Of a stretch of DNA of 48,897 nucleotides, positions 1-7,958 are shown piece after piece; positions within the stretch are counted from its first letter, which is position 1; each line of letters starts with the position of its first letter. The DNA comes from a virus, in IMG/VR virus record IMGVR_UViG_3300011430_000004, positions 1-48,897 of that record; one strand, given 5' to 3'. Below the pieces are notes generated by a model. The model was given only the letters and a program-made list of their open reading frames with translations. It did no database searches and was not told where the DNA came from. The position numbers were made by a program, and so were the translations under genes.

Positions 1-123
1 CCGGTGCTTACTCCTGTAGAAAGGAGTTTGTCTCAAGATTGGGTAGCCCCTCTTTCAAGAAGGTTTGTTTATATGGCGTGTGTTGGGCCTTATATGGTTT
101 ACGAGGAGAGTTTGCCCCGATGA
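1..123. repeat. Terminal direct repeat, left copy (exact duplicate of 48775..48897)
   Basis: Compared base by base: ccggtgcttactcctgtag...gagtttgccccgatga is at both window ends. The repeat runs through coding sequence, which fits a circular-assembly overlap or terminal redundancy. Confidence 0.95.
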
Positions 124-407
124 AAATCCCAAAGCATTACATAGGCAAGGTCGTCAAGCTGACATGGGAAGATCCCCGAGGGGGCGGTGAACGAGTAGAC
201 ATTGTCTCCGCGCCGAAGGGTAAAGCTGCTCTAGCGAAATGGGAGGAGTATGGATTGGTGGACGATATTACCGATGGTGTGGTCAGGATCAGGCATAGCG
301 ACGCTTATAGTCCAGGCGATAAAGATCCTGATGAGGCGTTGTTCACGTGGGTGGTGGAAGATTTGGTCGTGAGCGTGGTGGTGTTGAGTCCGGAGGTTAC
401 ACCGTGA
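120..407 (+). CDS. hypothetical protein (95 aa)
   Basis: ATG 120 overlaps (ATGA) the TGA stop of the gene that ends at 48897/123. The longer ORF-track start at 39 lies inside that upstream gene. No family recognised. Confidence 0.6.
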   Translation: MKIPKHYIGKVVKLTWEDPRGGGERVDIVSAPKGKAALAKWEEYGLVDDITDGVVRIRHSDAYSPGDKDPDEALFTWVVEDLVVSVVVLSPEVTP

Positions 408-479
408 ACACTGATTCACCGTGGGTAGTGTTGGGCTTTTTTGTAATTGTGTTTTTGGTGACAGCTTTGGTGAAAATAT

Positions 480-620
480 ATGGGTGATTGGTTTGTTTGG
501 CTAATGACTGCGTTAGAGCTTATAGCCGGGGTCTGCTACTTGGTTGGCGGGGACTGGCCCCGTGCAGCTTATTGGGGATTTGCGTCTATACTCTGCGCCT
601 CAACAATATTTATGAAATAG
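480..620 (+). CDS. small hydrophobic protein (46 aa), tentative
   Basis: ATG 480 to TAG 618..620, MGDWFVWLMTALELIAGVCYLVGG... Below the ORF-track size cutoff. It fills the 408..629 gap but has no clear SD. Confidence 0.3.
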   Translation: MGDWFVWLMTALELIAGVCYLVGGDWPRAAYWGFASILCASTIFMK

Positions 621-629
621 GAGGATGTT

Positions 630-866
630 ATGACAATCGCAGAAGGTGAAATTCAAGCAGTGATTAAGGATCGTTTGGGCCGGACAATCGTTGCAGGCAA
701 CACAATCGTTTATCCCACACGGCCCGGAGGAAAAGGACCACTTCAGTTGGGGACCGCCATTGTGAAGAGCGTCAACACTCACACGGGCACCTTGACGGTG
801 TTCAATGACTCCGAACGGCTTGCCACCATTGACCGGACGGATAGGGTGGCTGTTATCACCGTTTAA
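630..866 (+). CDS. hypothetical protein (78 aa)
   Basis: SD AGGAGG lies a few nt upstream of ATG 630. Clean ORF, no family recognised. Confidence 0.7.
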   Translation: MTIAEGEIQAVIKDRLGRTIVAGNTIVYPTRPGGKGPLQLGTAIVKSVNTHTGTLTVFNDSERLATIDRTDRVAVITV

Positions 867-881
867 CCAGGGGTAAACACG

Positions 882-1019
882 ATGAAAAAAGGGTGCAATT
901 GCGGTAGGTGCTTTAAGGTGTATTTCGATTATTATTGGATGGAGTATTATGCTTTTGAGATTGAAAAAGCGACAGCCGCGTTAAGGAGGGTACTTGAAAA
1001 CTATTCTATTCGACGTTGA
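882..1019 (+). CDS. small Cys-containing ORF (45 aa), tentative
   Basis: ATG 882 to TGA 1017..1019, MKKGCNCGRCFKV... Overlaps the next gene start by 26 nt. Below the ORF-track cutoff. Confidence 0.25.
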   Translation: MKKGCNCGRCFKVYFDYYWMEYYAFEIEKATAALRRVLENYSIRR

Positions 1020-1569
1020 CGGTGTGTTGGCAGATTTCGTGTATGCCTTCACAAGAGAATGTGGCATAGAGCCTTACAGCACGCCGCTACTACAAGTATG
1101 GGATTTTGGGGACACGATCTCAAAGAGTGTTCAGAGCAAAGCTTGGGAAAAGATTATCAAGACGCCTATGTGGTGGGCGGACTACGTACCTACCCTAGCT
1201 TCTTTACAAGAGTTTGGCAGAATCGACGATCTGACTCTTGATAACCAAGTGGTGTTTTGCACTAACCGGACGGGCACTCCGAGCCCACAACGGCAAACGG
1301 AAGCTTGGTTAATTATGCAGGGGAATATACTAAACCCCCATGTAATCGTGTCCAAGCGCAAGGGTGACGTGGCGAAAGCAATCGACGCGGACTATGCGAT
1401 TGACGATACGGCGGAGAATGCGGCTTGCGTGCATTGGATTGCGGACAGCAAGCCTTGCAAGTCGTATATCCTTGATCGTCCGTACAATCGAACAAAATTC
1501 TTACCTACCAAGGTGAGACGTGTGTTTTCTGTGGCAGAGTTTCTTGAAGACGTTAAGACAGGAGTATAA
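994..1569 (+). CDS. HAD-superfamily phosphatase, NT5C-like 5'(3')-deoxyribonucleotidase
   Basis: TTG start 4 nt after SD AAGGAGG. HAD motif I is ILFDVDGVLADF (DxDxV), motif II is CTNRT, and the Lys and DD motifs are SKRKG and IDDTAEN. Confidence 0.8.
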   Translation: MKTILFDVDGVLADFVYAFTRECGIEPYSTPLLQVWDFGDTISKSVQSKAWEKIIKTPMWWADYVPTLASLQEFGRIDDLTLDNQVVFCTNRTGTPSPQRQTEAWLIMQGNILNPHVIVSKRKGDVAKAIDADYAIDDTAENAACVHWIADSKPCKSYILDRPYNRTKFLPTKVRRVFSVAEFLEDVKTGV

Positions 1570-1573
1570 AAAA

Positions 1574-1933
1574 ATGCAATGGATTGTGTTTCTAAGAGAG
1601 TTGGACGAAGCGCGTAGTAAGGTCAGGCAAGAGAATCTTAACAGTGAAGTGGATTGGGCAAAGCCTTTCCTACAAAATCTTCTCTTCGTGTTGACCGAAA
1701 ACAAGGTGACAATCATTCCGGAGCCAATCGTTGAAGCTCCGAAGGAAGCGGCGAAACCGCGTGTTCTCATGGTAGGGGGCCAGGTTATCAACAAGGGTAA
1801 GGAAGAAATGAAGATAACCCCTATCCCTCGACAGCCGGACAACACGGTTAATAAAAGCGTGGATCTTGTGCAGACGGATAAAGACGGCGCGCCACTCGCA
1901 GTTCAGCCCGCCTGGAACGAGGGGGATACATGA
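1574..1933 (+). CDS. hypothetical protein (119 aa)
   Basis: ATG 1574 lies just after the stop of the previous gene. The stop overlaps the next start (ATGA at 1930). Confidence 0.6.
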   Translation: MQWIVFLRELDEARSKVRQENLNSEVDWAKPFLQNLLFVLTENKVTIIPEPIVEAPKEAAKPRVLMVGGQVINKGKEEMKITPIPRQPDNTVNKSVDLVQTDKDGAPLAVQPAWNEGDT

Positions 1934-2394
1934 GCTTGGAACCTACTGAAGACGTGACGGCTTACCATTGGTCATCCGTAGAAAAGAAAAAAGAGGCGGT
2001 TTTGTTTTCGGACTTGCTAGAGGATACGCACGTAGCTGAGAAGGGCGGACATCCACGGTTTCATGAAATCTTGGGAGAGCTAAGCCAGCTTCATAATCGC
2101 AAGAATCACGATTACGCTGCGGGGGGTAAGCAAGGGCCGTTGGGCAACTTCGAACGGACTTCGACAATCATGTCCCTTTATCCGGGCATGGATTGGGACT
2201 CACCCTTCGGTGTTGCAATGGCCTACATGCTCAAGCAGCTTGACGCTGCTTTTATCCTGCGGGCTCAAAAGCGGAAGAGTATTACCGGCGAACCGATCCC
2301 GGCCAGGTTGAAAGATGTTGCAACTTACACTGTGATTGGGATGGTAATAGCAGAAGAGGAGGAGAACCTTGGAAAAGCACATAGCGATACTTGA
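1930..2394 (+). CDS. DUF1599-like (nucleotide-modification-associated, all-alpha) protein
   Basis: Has LHNRKNHDYAAGG (K-x-x-DY), then MLKQLDAAF and GEPIPARLKDVATYTVIG. This arrangement is recalled from DUF1599 family members and needs HMM confirmation. Confidence 0.55.
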   Translation: MSLEPTEDVTAYHWSSVEKKKEAVLFSDLLEDTHVAEKGGHPRFHEILGELSQLHNRKNHDYAAGGKQGPLGNFERTSTIMSLYPGMDWDSPFGVAMAYMLKQLDAAFILRAQKRKSITGEPIPARLKDVATYTVIGMVIAEEEENLGKAHSDT

Positions 2395-2599
2395 GGTTAA
2401 AGAAGAGTTTGATAAGGCGTCTGGAATATACGCCCCGTTTAATTCGGCACACGAGGGCTTTGCAATCCTAAAGGAGGAGGTTGACGAACTATGGGACGAA
2501 GTGAAGAAGAACAGCAAGATTCGAACAACGGAGAAGCTATGCGAGGAAGCGACCCAAGTGGCAGCAATGGCGCTCCGGTTCCTAGTGGATATTTGCTAA
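2369..2599 (+). CDS. MazG-like all-alpha NTP pyrophosphohydrolase candidate (76 aa)
   Basis: Acidic helix motif HEGFAILKEEVDELWDEV followed by EEATQVAAMALRF. TTG start, overlapping the previous gene by 26 nt. Confidence 0.4.
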   Translation: MEKHIAILEVKEEFDKASGIYAPFNSAHEGFAILKEEVDELWDEVKKNSKIRTTEKLCEEATQVAAMALRFLVDIC

Positions 2600-3255
2600 C
2601 ACGGGCGGACCGCCGTCGCAGCGCCAGAGCGATAGCAAAGAGTTTGACTAAAGCACCGGACCAAGATCCGACCATTGAGAACGAGCGACAAAAGAAAGCT
2701 CGGGAATTCCGTAATCGCTATCGCACTGCCGGACTTCCGAATGCTAAGAAGTTTCGCAAGCGAAGCCGTGTGGCGCGTCTCACTGAAGAGTTAAAGTTTT
2801 CTCATTCCTTCCTGCACCAAGCGATCTCAGCAATGAAGGTGTGGGAGCCTATCATTCAGCAAGTGGCGAATGAGGAGAATTGGATCTTGCGAACGGACGA
2901 CCATACCGGCGAACCTGAAGTGATCTGGAATGGGGACGACACCTTAATTGACAACGCACAGCAGGCGTTGAAGATCCTACAGCCGAAGGAGGCAGCGCCT
3001 AGTAGTTATTCCATGCCGGTAGCAATTTTGAAAGGAGGGTCGGATGTTACGAATGAACTTCCCGGACAGGAAAGCGAAGCGGCGACAGGAAGCGGAGGAG
3101 AGGAACAAGCGAACGTTGCCAGAGAGGCGGAGAAAAGCCCGGTTGAATTCTTCGACGGAGAGCCTAAAGAAAGCTGGAGAACCGAGGTTGCAGTCGAGTT
3201 AGACCATGCGAGGGCGAATGACGGCCTTATAAGTGTTAAGGTTTCAAGTGACTAG
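2491..3255 (+). CDS. hypothetical protein, start uncertain (ATG 2491/2539 or TTG 2593)
   Basis: Long ORF in a different frame from 2369..2599. It has a basic N-terminal part and an acidic C-terminal part, and is the last gene of the plus-strand arm. Confidence 0.55.
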   Translation: MGRSEEEQQDSNNGEAMRGSDPSGSNGAPVPSGYLLTRADRRRSARAIAKSLTKAPDQDPTIENERQKKAREFRNRYRTAGLPNAKKFRKRSRVARLTEELKFSHSFLHQAISAMKVWEPIIQQVANEENWILRTDDHTGEPEVIWNGDDTLIDNAQQALKILQPKEAAPSSYSMPVAILKGGSDVTNELPGQESEAATGSGGEEQANVAREAEKSPVEFFDGEPKESWRTEVAVELDHARANDGLISVKVSSD

Positions 3256-3265
3256 CTCACTTGAA
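3243..3265. terminator. Bidirectional hairpin at the convergence point of the two arms
   Basis: ttcaagtga (3243..3251) pairs with tcacttgaa (3257..3265) across the loop ctagc. The stop codons of both converging genes (TAG 3253..3255, TGA complement 3257..3259) lie in or next to the stem. No long U tract. Confidence 0.4.
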
Positions 3266-3502
3266 CCAGGCGAAGCCCCCGAAGCCCGCCAGTAGCGGTG
3301 TGACAATTGTCCAAAACACTTTCTTGATCGTGGCGGTTGTGTGCTCTAAGTCACGCAACCGTCCACGAACACCGGGGTATTCATCGCACCCGTCAAGAGT
3401 TTCTTTAATGTTTGTCTGAAACTGTTCGTCTTTCTTGCAATGGTCCTCCATTGTTTTAATCAGAGAATCTATCTTGTGCTCTATTACTTCCAAGCTACTC
3501 AC
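3257..3502 (-). CDS. small membrane-anchored protein (81 aa)
   Basis: C-terminal hydrophobic helix VFWTIVTPLLAGFGGFAWF. Last gene of the late arm, overlapping the upstream gene by 8 nt. Confidence 0.6.
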   Translation of the reverse strand: MSSLEVIEHKIDSLIKTMEDHCKKDEQFQTNIKETLDGCDEYPGVRGRLRDLEHTTATIKKVFWTIVTPLLAGFGGFAWFK

Positions 3503-5714
3503 TTTCTTTTCCCCCTTCTGCTGCTAACACGGCATGCACGGCCTTGACGGCCTTTATTCCTTCCAGTGAACCGGGGGCTGATCGAAGCAACGCCTTTAGG
3601 GGGTTTCTTCCCTGCACCGAGGATATCAGTACGCCCAATTCCCGAGCCCCGAGAGCGATAGCCAGACCACCCAATGACCGCTTAACACCGCTAGGGCTTC
3701 CCATTGCCGTACTCAATACGCCTGTAGTGAATACACCGGACCCAATTGACTCAAGCCGCTGCGCCACTCTTCGCGGGGTGCCTAGCGTCTCATTGATTTG
3801 CTTCTCGATACTGTTGACGCTGGTCTTAAGGTTTGTCTGTTCAGCTTTGATTTGTTTACCAAGGCCCGCAAGTTCTTCTTTCAGTCGGTTTTGCTCTCCT
3901 TTTTGCAACACCTTGCCTTGCTTCTGGTAGTTCGCAATCGTGGCCTTTGCAAAATCGTCAATGCTTCGTCGCTTTGAATTCCCAAGCTGACTAAACACCG
4001 CGTCGATATCTTTGAAAGCAGTTTCCCCAAGCCCCTTGCGAAGCACTTCATTGCCCGTGTTGGTTGGATCTTTGTAACTAGCCCACCACTTTATATGTTT
4101 ATCGGGATTGTAAGCCCCGTTTTCCATAGCCTGTTCAATCCCTTTGTTCATGAAGGATTTATTCATCTTCTCCCACTGCGCCGGATCTTTAATTAGCTCA
4201 CGGGCACGGGTGATAGACTCAACAGATTTATTATCTAACACTTTACCGGAAGCTGACACGGTAGGTCGGTAGATGCTATCAATCACACGCTCCGGGGTGC
4301 CCTGGGCGATCTCGCGAGTGACAGAGCCCTTAGAGAAGTAGGGCACGTACTCTTCTTTGTACTTCTGATTGGCCGCTGCATATCGTTTGCTGAGACTACC
4401 ACTGCCCGCAGCAATGTCCGCGTCCAGGCCGTCGATTAGTAATTGCGTTTTGCGTCGGTCGTTATCACTCTTCATTGCTCGATAGCCGTCCGAAAGCCGC
4501 TGACGCTCGTTAATCAAATCGCGGACGGTGGCGTTCTTATCCGGCACTTTCGAGTTGCCAAGGAATTCGTCAATGACACCTTGCACGCGATCCCGCTCCG
4601 GACCGTATGAAGAGTTTAGCTGCTCCTTCAAAGCCTGATAGGTGTCGTCCGCCTCTTCGCCTAGATTCTTTGGAATGCGACCGGCCACCTTTTCAGGGGT
4701 CCCCTGAAGAGTCTCGGTTATTCCAAGATCCTTTTTGAGCTTGCCGCCAGCAGCAACAAACTCATTAGCCGTCGTAGGAATAGTGGAGGCTTCCAACTTA
4801 AGCGGATTGTAGATTTTCTCAAAGGTGTCTTTAGCCTCCTCGAATTTCTGGTTGAAGCCCTGCTGATATCCTGCGCCTGCTTCCTTGCCTAGTGGTGCAT
4901 TAGCAGCGAACCTTGCGCGAAGATCCTTTGCCGTGGGAAGACTCATACGCTCTGCTTGTGCGATTGACTCCGCCGATTCAATGGCGGACTCTGCATTGCT
5001 TGCGATAGATGCTTCCTTAGCAGCGGATCCCGTTGTAGCGGATTGCACGCGGGCGTTCAGTCCGGCTTCTCTGGCCGCTGAATCTGTAATGGCTGTGTTC
5101 AGTTCATCCCCGAGCTTGTCCGTCTTCATGCGGCCCGAAGTGACCCACTTGTTTCCGGACGCTACCCCACTCTTCACCAAGCGATCAACAACCGGTTGCA
5201 CACGGCCCGCAAGGAGAGCCATTGCGACGTCACCGGCTATCGCCGCTGTGTTGCCTGCTCCCTTAGATCCCGTAACCTTCTCGACCGTATCACCCAAAGC
5301 CGCTGTAGGGTTTTGCAGGTTCGCGAACAGCGAGCCGCGCAACCGTAGGGCTCCCATGAGGGTATTCCCAAGACCGGTTTTGAGTAGGGGGGCAAGGGCT
5401 TCTTCTCCTAAAGCGGCTGCCCGCTCTTGCCATGTGCTACCTTTCCAATCCCGTTGGAATACAGAGGGGCCGGTGCGCTCCGGTACAAGGAACCGCAGAG
5501 GGTCGTTTAGTAGGGTGGAAACCCCCTTGTTTATGTCATTCCAGCCACCTTTAAGCTCCCCGAGGACACTTAGCCTTTCCCGAGGGGCGAACGTCTTGCC
5601 TGGGGCTTCTGGCGAATCAACCGGGGTGACTTTGAGGCCAAATTCATCCGTATCACCCCGGCCCTTCTTCTCCGTAATCTCGGTAACTTCTAAGCCAAAT
5701 TCATCCTTTGCCAT
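3495..5714 (-). CDS. large virion-associated protein (739 aa), putative internal/ejection protein
   Basis: Ala/Gly/Ser/Lys-rich with hydrophobic C-terminal segments and no enzymatic motif recognised. Function is assigned only from its position at the distal end of the structural operon. Confidence 0.45.
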   Translation of the reverse strand: MAKDEFGLEVTEITEKKGRGDTDEFGLKVTPVDSPEAPGKTFAPRERLSVLGELKGGWNDINKGVSTLLNDPLRFLVPERTGPSVFQRDWKGSTWQERAAALGEEALAPLLKTGLGNTLMGALRLRGSLFANLQNPTAALGDTVEKVTGSKGAGNTAAIAGDVAMALLAGRVQPVVDRLVKSGVASGNKWVTSGRMKTDKLGDELNTAITDSAAREAGLNARVQSATTGSAAKEASIASNAESAIESAESIAQAERMSLPTAKDLRARFAANAPLGKEAGAGYQQGFNQKFEEAKDTFEKIYNPLKLEASTIPTTANEFVAAGGKLKKDLGITETLQGTPEKVAGRIPKNLGEEADDTYQALKEQLNSSYGPERDRVQGVIDEFLGNSKVPDKNATVRDLINERQRLSDGYRAMKSDNDRRKTQLLIDGLDADIAAGSGSLSKRYAAANQKYKEEYVPYFSKGSVTREIAQGTPERVIDSIYRPTVSASGKVLDNKSVESITRARELIKDPAQWEKMNKSFMNKGIEQAMENGAYNPDKHIKWWASYKDPTNTGNEVLRKGLGETAFKDIDAVFSQLGNSKRRSIDDFAKATIANYQKQGKVLQKGEQNRLKEELAGLGKQIKAEQTNLKTSVNSIEKQINETLGTPRRVAQRLESIGSGVFTTGVLSTAMGSPSGVKRSLGGLAIALGARELGVLISSVQGRNPLKALLRSAPGSLEGIKAVKAVHAVLAAEGGKESE

Positions 5715-5716
5715 GA

Positions 5717-6865
5717 TTAATAGCCCTTCTTGTACACCCCTGAGTCTAACGCCTTTTGGATCTGCTCCGGAGTCCCTTCCAATTTAACCGACTTGCCGTC
5801 CGAAGCACGAATATACGCGGGGGTTTTCTCTTCACGGGTTTGTAAGGGCTGGACCTGCTGCACCCGCTTGCCTTGAATATTGAAGTTCTTTACAGCAGTG
5901 CGGTGCTTTAGAGCAACGTCGTCCATCACGGCCCCTAGCTGTTCCTTATACAGCTTGCTTCCCACGCCTGGTTTACCCAAAGCACGCAAGGCTTTCTCAG
6001 CGTCGAAATTGCTGAAGCGCGTATCCCCGGCCAGGCCGCGAAGATCAATGCCAAGCAGTCCGAAGTGCGCAACGAAAGCTCGATCCGCGTCCGAAAGTCT
6101 TCCGGCTAATTCGACAGGAAGGGCACCGTTACCGGACCCCATTGTAGCAATAGCTAGAGCCAAGTCGGCACTCACCTTGCCAGTCTTGGCCGCTGTGGTT
6201 TCGTCGTATAGCTCGTTTAGTTTTCCAAGCTTTCTATATGAGTTTTCCGCGAAGCTGACTCCTGCCATTTCGGTTTTGTCCAAGGTCCGCGCTTTCTTCT
6301 GTGCTTCCACTCGTGCAAGCGTCCTTAGATCGATTGCGCCGGACGCAACATAGCTTGCGGCTTTGTCGTCATACTCCGGACTGCCGATTGATTTCATAAG
6401 GTCCGCCGCCGCTGCATTCTTGTTAAGATCCCCGCCGCCTTGTGCATCATTCGCCATGTCTGCGCGGATCTTGCCGGTCTGCGCGTTGCGCAAGTTAATC
6501 TCTGAAGGCGTCTCCCCTGTCAACGATTGCATCGCTGCTGTTTGTGAACCTGGAGCCCACTTACCGGAAGCCATTTCATCACCGGCCTGGAGAAGATCGA
6601 ACAGCGACCGCCCGCCAGCGCCAGGCACTTTATACCCCGTGGCCCCTGCCCTGCCGATGTTCTCATTCACCGCGTTCATGGGATAGAGTGCTGCCATTTC
6701 TTGAGGAGAGCGAAGGGTGTCCGTAATGCTACGAGAGCCTGGAGTGTAAGCCTGCGGAGCCTGCTTTGCACTGCCGACGGCGGCAAGCACGTCCGCAAGT
6801 TGCTTCTGCGCCTCTTGCTCATCCCAAATATAACCTGAAGGAATTGTGATTAGTTGCTGTGCCAT
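5717..6865 (-). CDS. virion-associated protein (382 aa), putative internal protein
   Basis: Tightly packed between two similar ORFs in the structural operon. No family recognised. Confidence 0.4.
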   Translation of the reverse strand: MAQQLITIPSGYIWDEQEAQKQLADVLAAVGSAKQAPQAYTPGSRSITDTLRSPQEMAALYPMNAVNENIGRAGATGYKVPGAGGRSLFDLLQAGDEMASGKWAPGSQTAAMQSLTGETPSEINLRNAQTGKIRADMANDAQGGGDLNKNAAAADLMKSIGSPEYDDKAASYVASGAIDLRTLARVEAQKKARTLDKTEMAGVSFAENSYRKLGKLNELYDETTAAKTGKVSADLALAIATMGSGNGALPVELAGRLSDADRAFVAHFGLLGIDLRGLAGDTRFSNFDAEKALRALGKPGVGSKLYKEQLGAVMDDVALKHRTAVKNFNIQGKRVQQVQPLQTREEKTPAYIRASDGKSVKLEGTPEQIQKALDSGVYKKGY

Positions 6866-6868
6866 AAT

Positions 6869-7516
6869 TTATCCGTTTAGCCAGGTAAGATTGCCCCAAG
6901 GCGACCAACCGCCCATTGTCGTTTTCTTAGTCGCTTCTGCCGGACCTGTGGTGGTGCTGCCCGTGGTGGTGGTGGTTTCACCCTTCATCGCCCCGAGTAT
7001 CGGCGCAACTTCCCCGACAGCCGTTTGATTGGCGGACACGTAGGAGGGCATCAACTCACCAACGAGCTTTGCCGCAAGCTCCATTTGATTGCGACCGACG
7101 CCCGCAGCATACTGACCGACACTGGTCCCATAAGCTCCGCTCCGGAGTCCGGATGATCCGCCAGCTATACGAGCCGCGTCGGAAAGATCCTGATAGCCCT
7201 TATCGATCTGCGGACGCATTCCCTCAAGGATACCTTGCAGGGAATTCTGAAAGGTGCTGCTCTTGGTGAAGTCCCCGAGGTTCGTCAGGTTGTTCAGGCC
7301 GGTCTGCGCACCGCCGCTAATCAGGTCAACGAGGTTTAAAGCCCTGCCCTCATCTAGGAAGGTCGGAGAAGAAGTTGTACTCGTGTTCTCCGTGCTCTGT
7401 GTCCCTTGCATTGATGCTTGGGCTTGTGCAAGTGCGGCTTGGGCTTGTGCGTTTTGTAACCCCGCCTTTGCTTCAGCATAGGGGTTAATTGGTTGTGGCA
7501 TATATCCGACAGACAT
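6869..7516 (-). CDS. virion-associated protein (215 aa), Q/A/G/T-rich
   Basis: Low-complexity stretches AQAQAALAQAQ and TTTTGSTTTG. Assigned from structural-operon context only. Confidence 0.4.
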   Translation of the reverse strand: MSVGYMPQPINPYAEAKAGLQNAQAQAALAQAQASMQGTQSTENTSTTSSPTFLDEGRALNLVDLISGGAQTGLNNLTNLGDFTKSSTFQNSLQGILEGMRPQIDKGYQDLSDAARIAGGSSGLRSGAYGTSVGQYAAGVGRNQMELAAKLVGELMPSYVSANQTAVGEVAPILGAMKGETTTTTGSTTTGPAEATKKTTMGGWSPWGNLTWLNG

Positions 7517-7654
7517 TTACTTTTTCTCCAACCATTCGATTTTATCTTCTAAACTTTTAATTATTACTTTCAGGTCCGCCACGTGCTTTTCCGCAGCAGC
7601 GGCCCGCATTATCTGTTTAATCATGGCGTCGCATGCCTCTTCGAATGTAATCAT
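7517..7654 (-). CDS. small coiled-coil-like ORF (45 aa), tentative
   Basis: ATG at complement 7652..7654 and TAA at 7517..7519, MITFEEACDAMIKQIMRAAAAEKHVADLKVIIKSLEDKIEWLEKK. It exactly fills the gap between two genes. Below the ORF-track cutoff. Confidence 0.35.
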   Translation of the reverse strand: MITFEEACDAMIKQIMRAAAAEKHVADLKVIIKSLEDKIEWLEKK

Positions 7655-7655
7655 G

Positions 7656-7943
7656 CTATTGCCCCAATCCTAGATACCGAAAAAGCTCCTGCATCTTATT
7701 CGGTTGCGGCTGAGGCACTTCCGTTGCGCCAACGTCAGTAGCAAGAGGGCCTTGATAGGGGCCGGACTGCTGACTAGTTGTTGACGGGGGCATCGGAGCC
7801 GGTCCGCCTGAAGTGGTGGACAAAAGGTCCGCCAGTGATTTGATGGGGGCCATATTCCCCATGTTGATTAGAAAATCTGTTAGACGCCGCGCCGGGTCCG
7901 TTACTGAGTTCGTCGGCGCTACTGCTTTTTCTTTACCTGCCAT
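7656..7943 (-). CDS. hypothetical protein (95 aa), Pro/Ser/Thr-rich
   Basis: ORF packed within the tail/fibre region. No family recognised. Confidence 0.5.
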   Translation of the reverse strand: MAGKEKAVAPTNSVTDPARRLTDFLINMGNMAPIKSLADLLSTTSGGPAPMPPSTTSQQSGPYQGPLATDVGATEVPQPQPNKMQELFRYLGLGQ

Positions 7944-7958
7944 TTGATACTCCTTCTT

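Noticed and set aside
39-119. Longer 5' extension of the first plus-strand ORF (start at 39)
   Set aside because: This stretch is the 3' end of the wrapped gene 48694..48897 in another frame. The ATGA-coupled start at 120 is more parsimonious.
4885-5787. 300-aa plus-strand ORF antisense to the 739-aa structural gene. The same pattern recurs at 5880..6353, 19603..20691, 21202..21735, 21344..22066 and 11132..11565.
   Set aside because: Each lies wholly inside a longer minus-strand ORF that has recognisable motifs or operon context. The translations are Arg/Ser/Pro/Ala-rich low-complexity strings typical of antisense shadow frames, and none has an SD.
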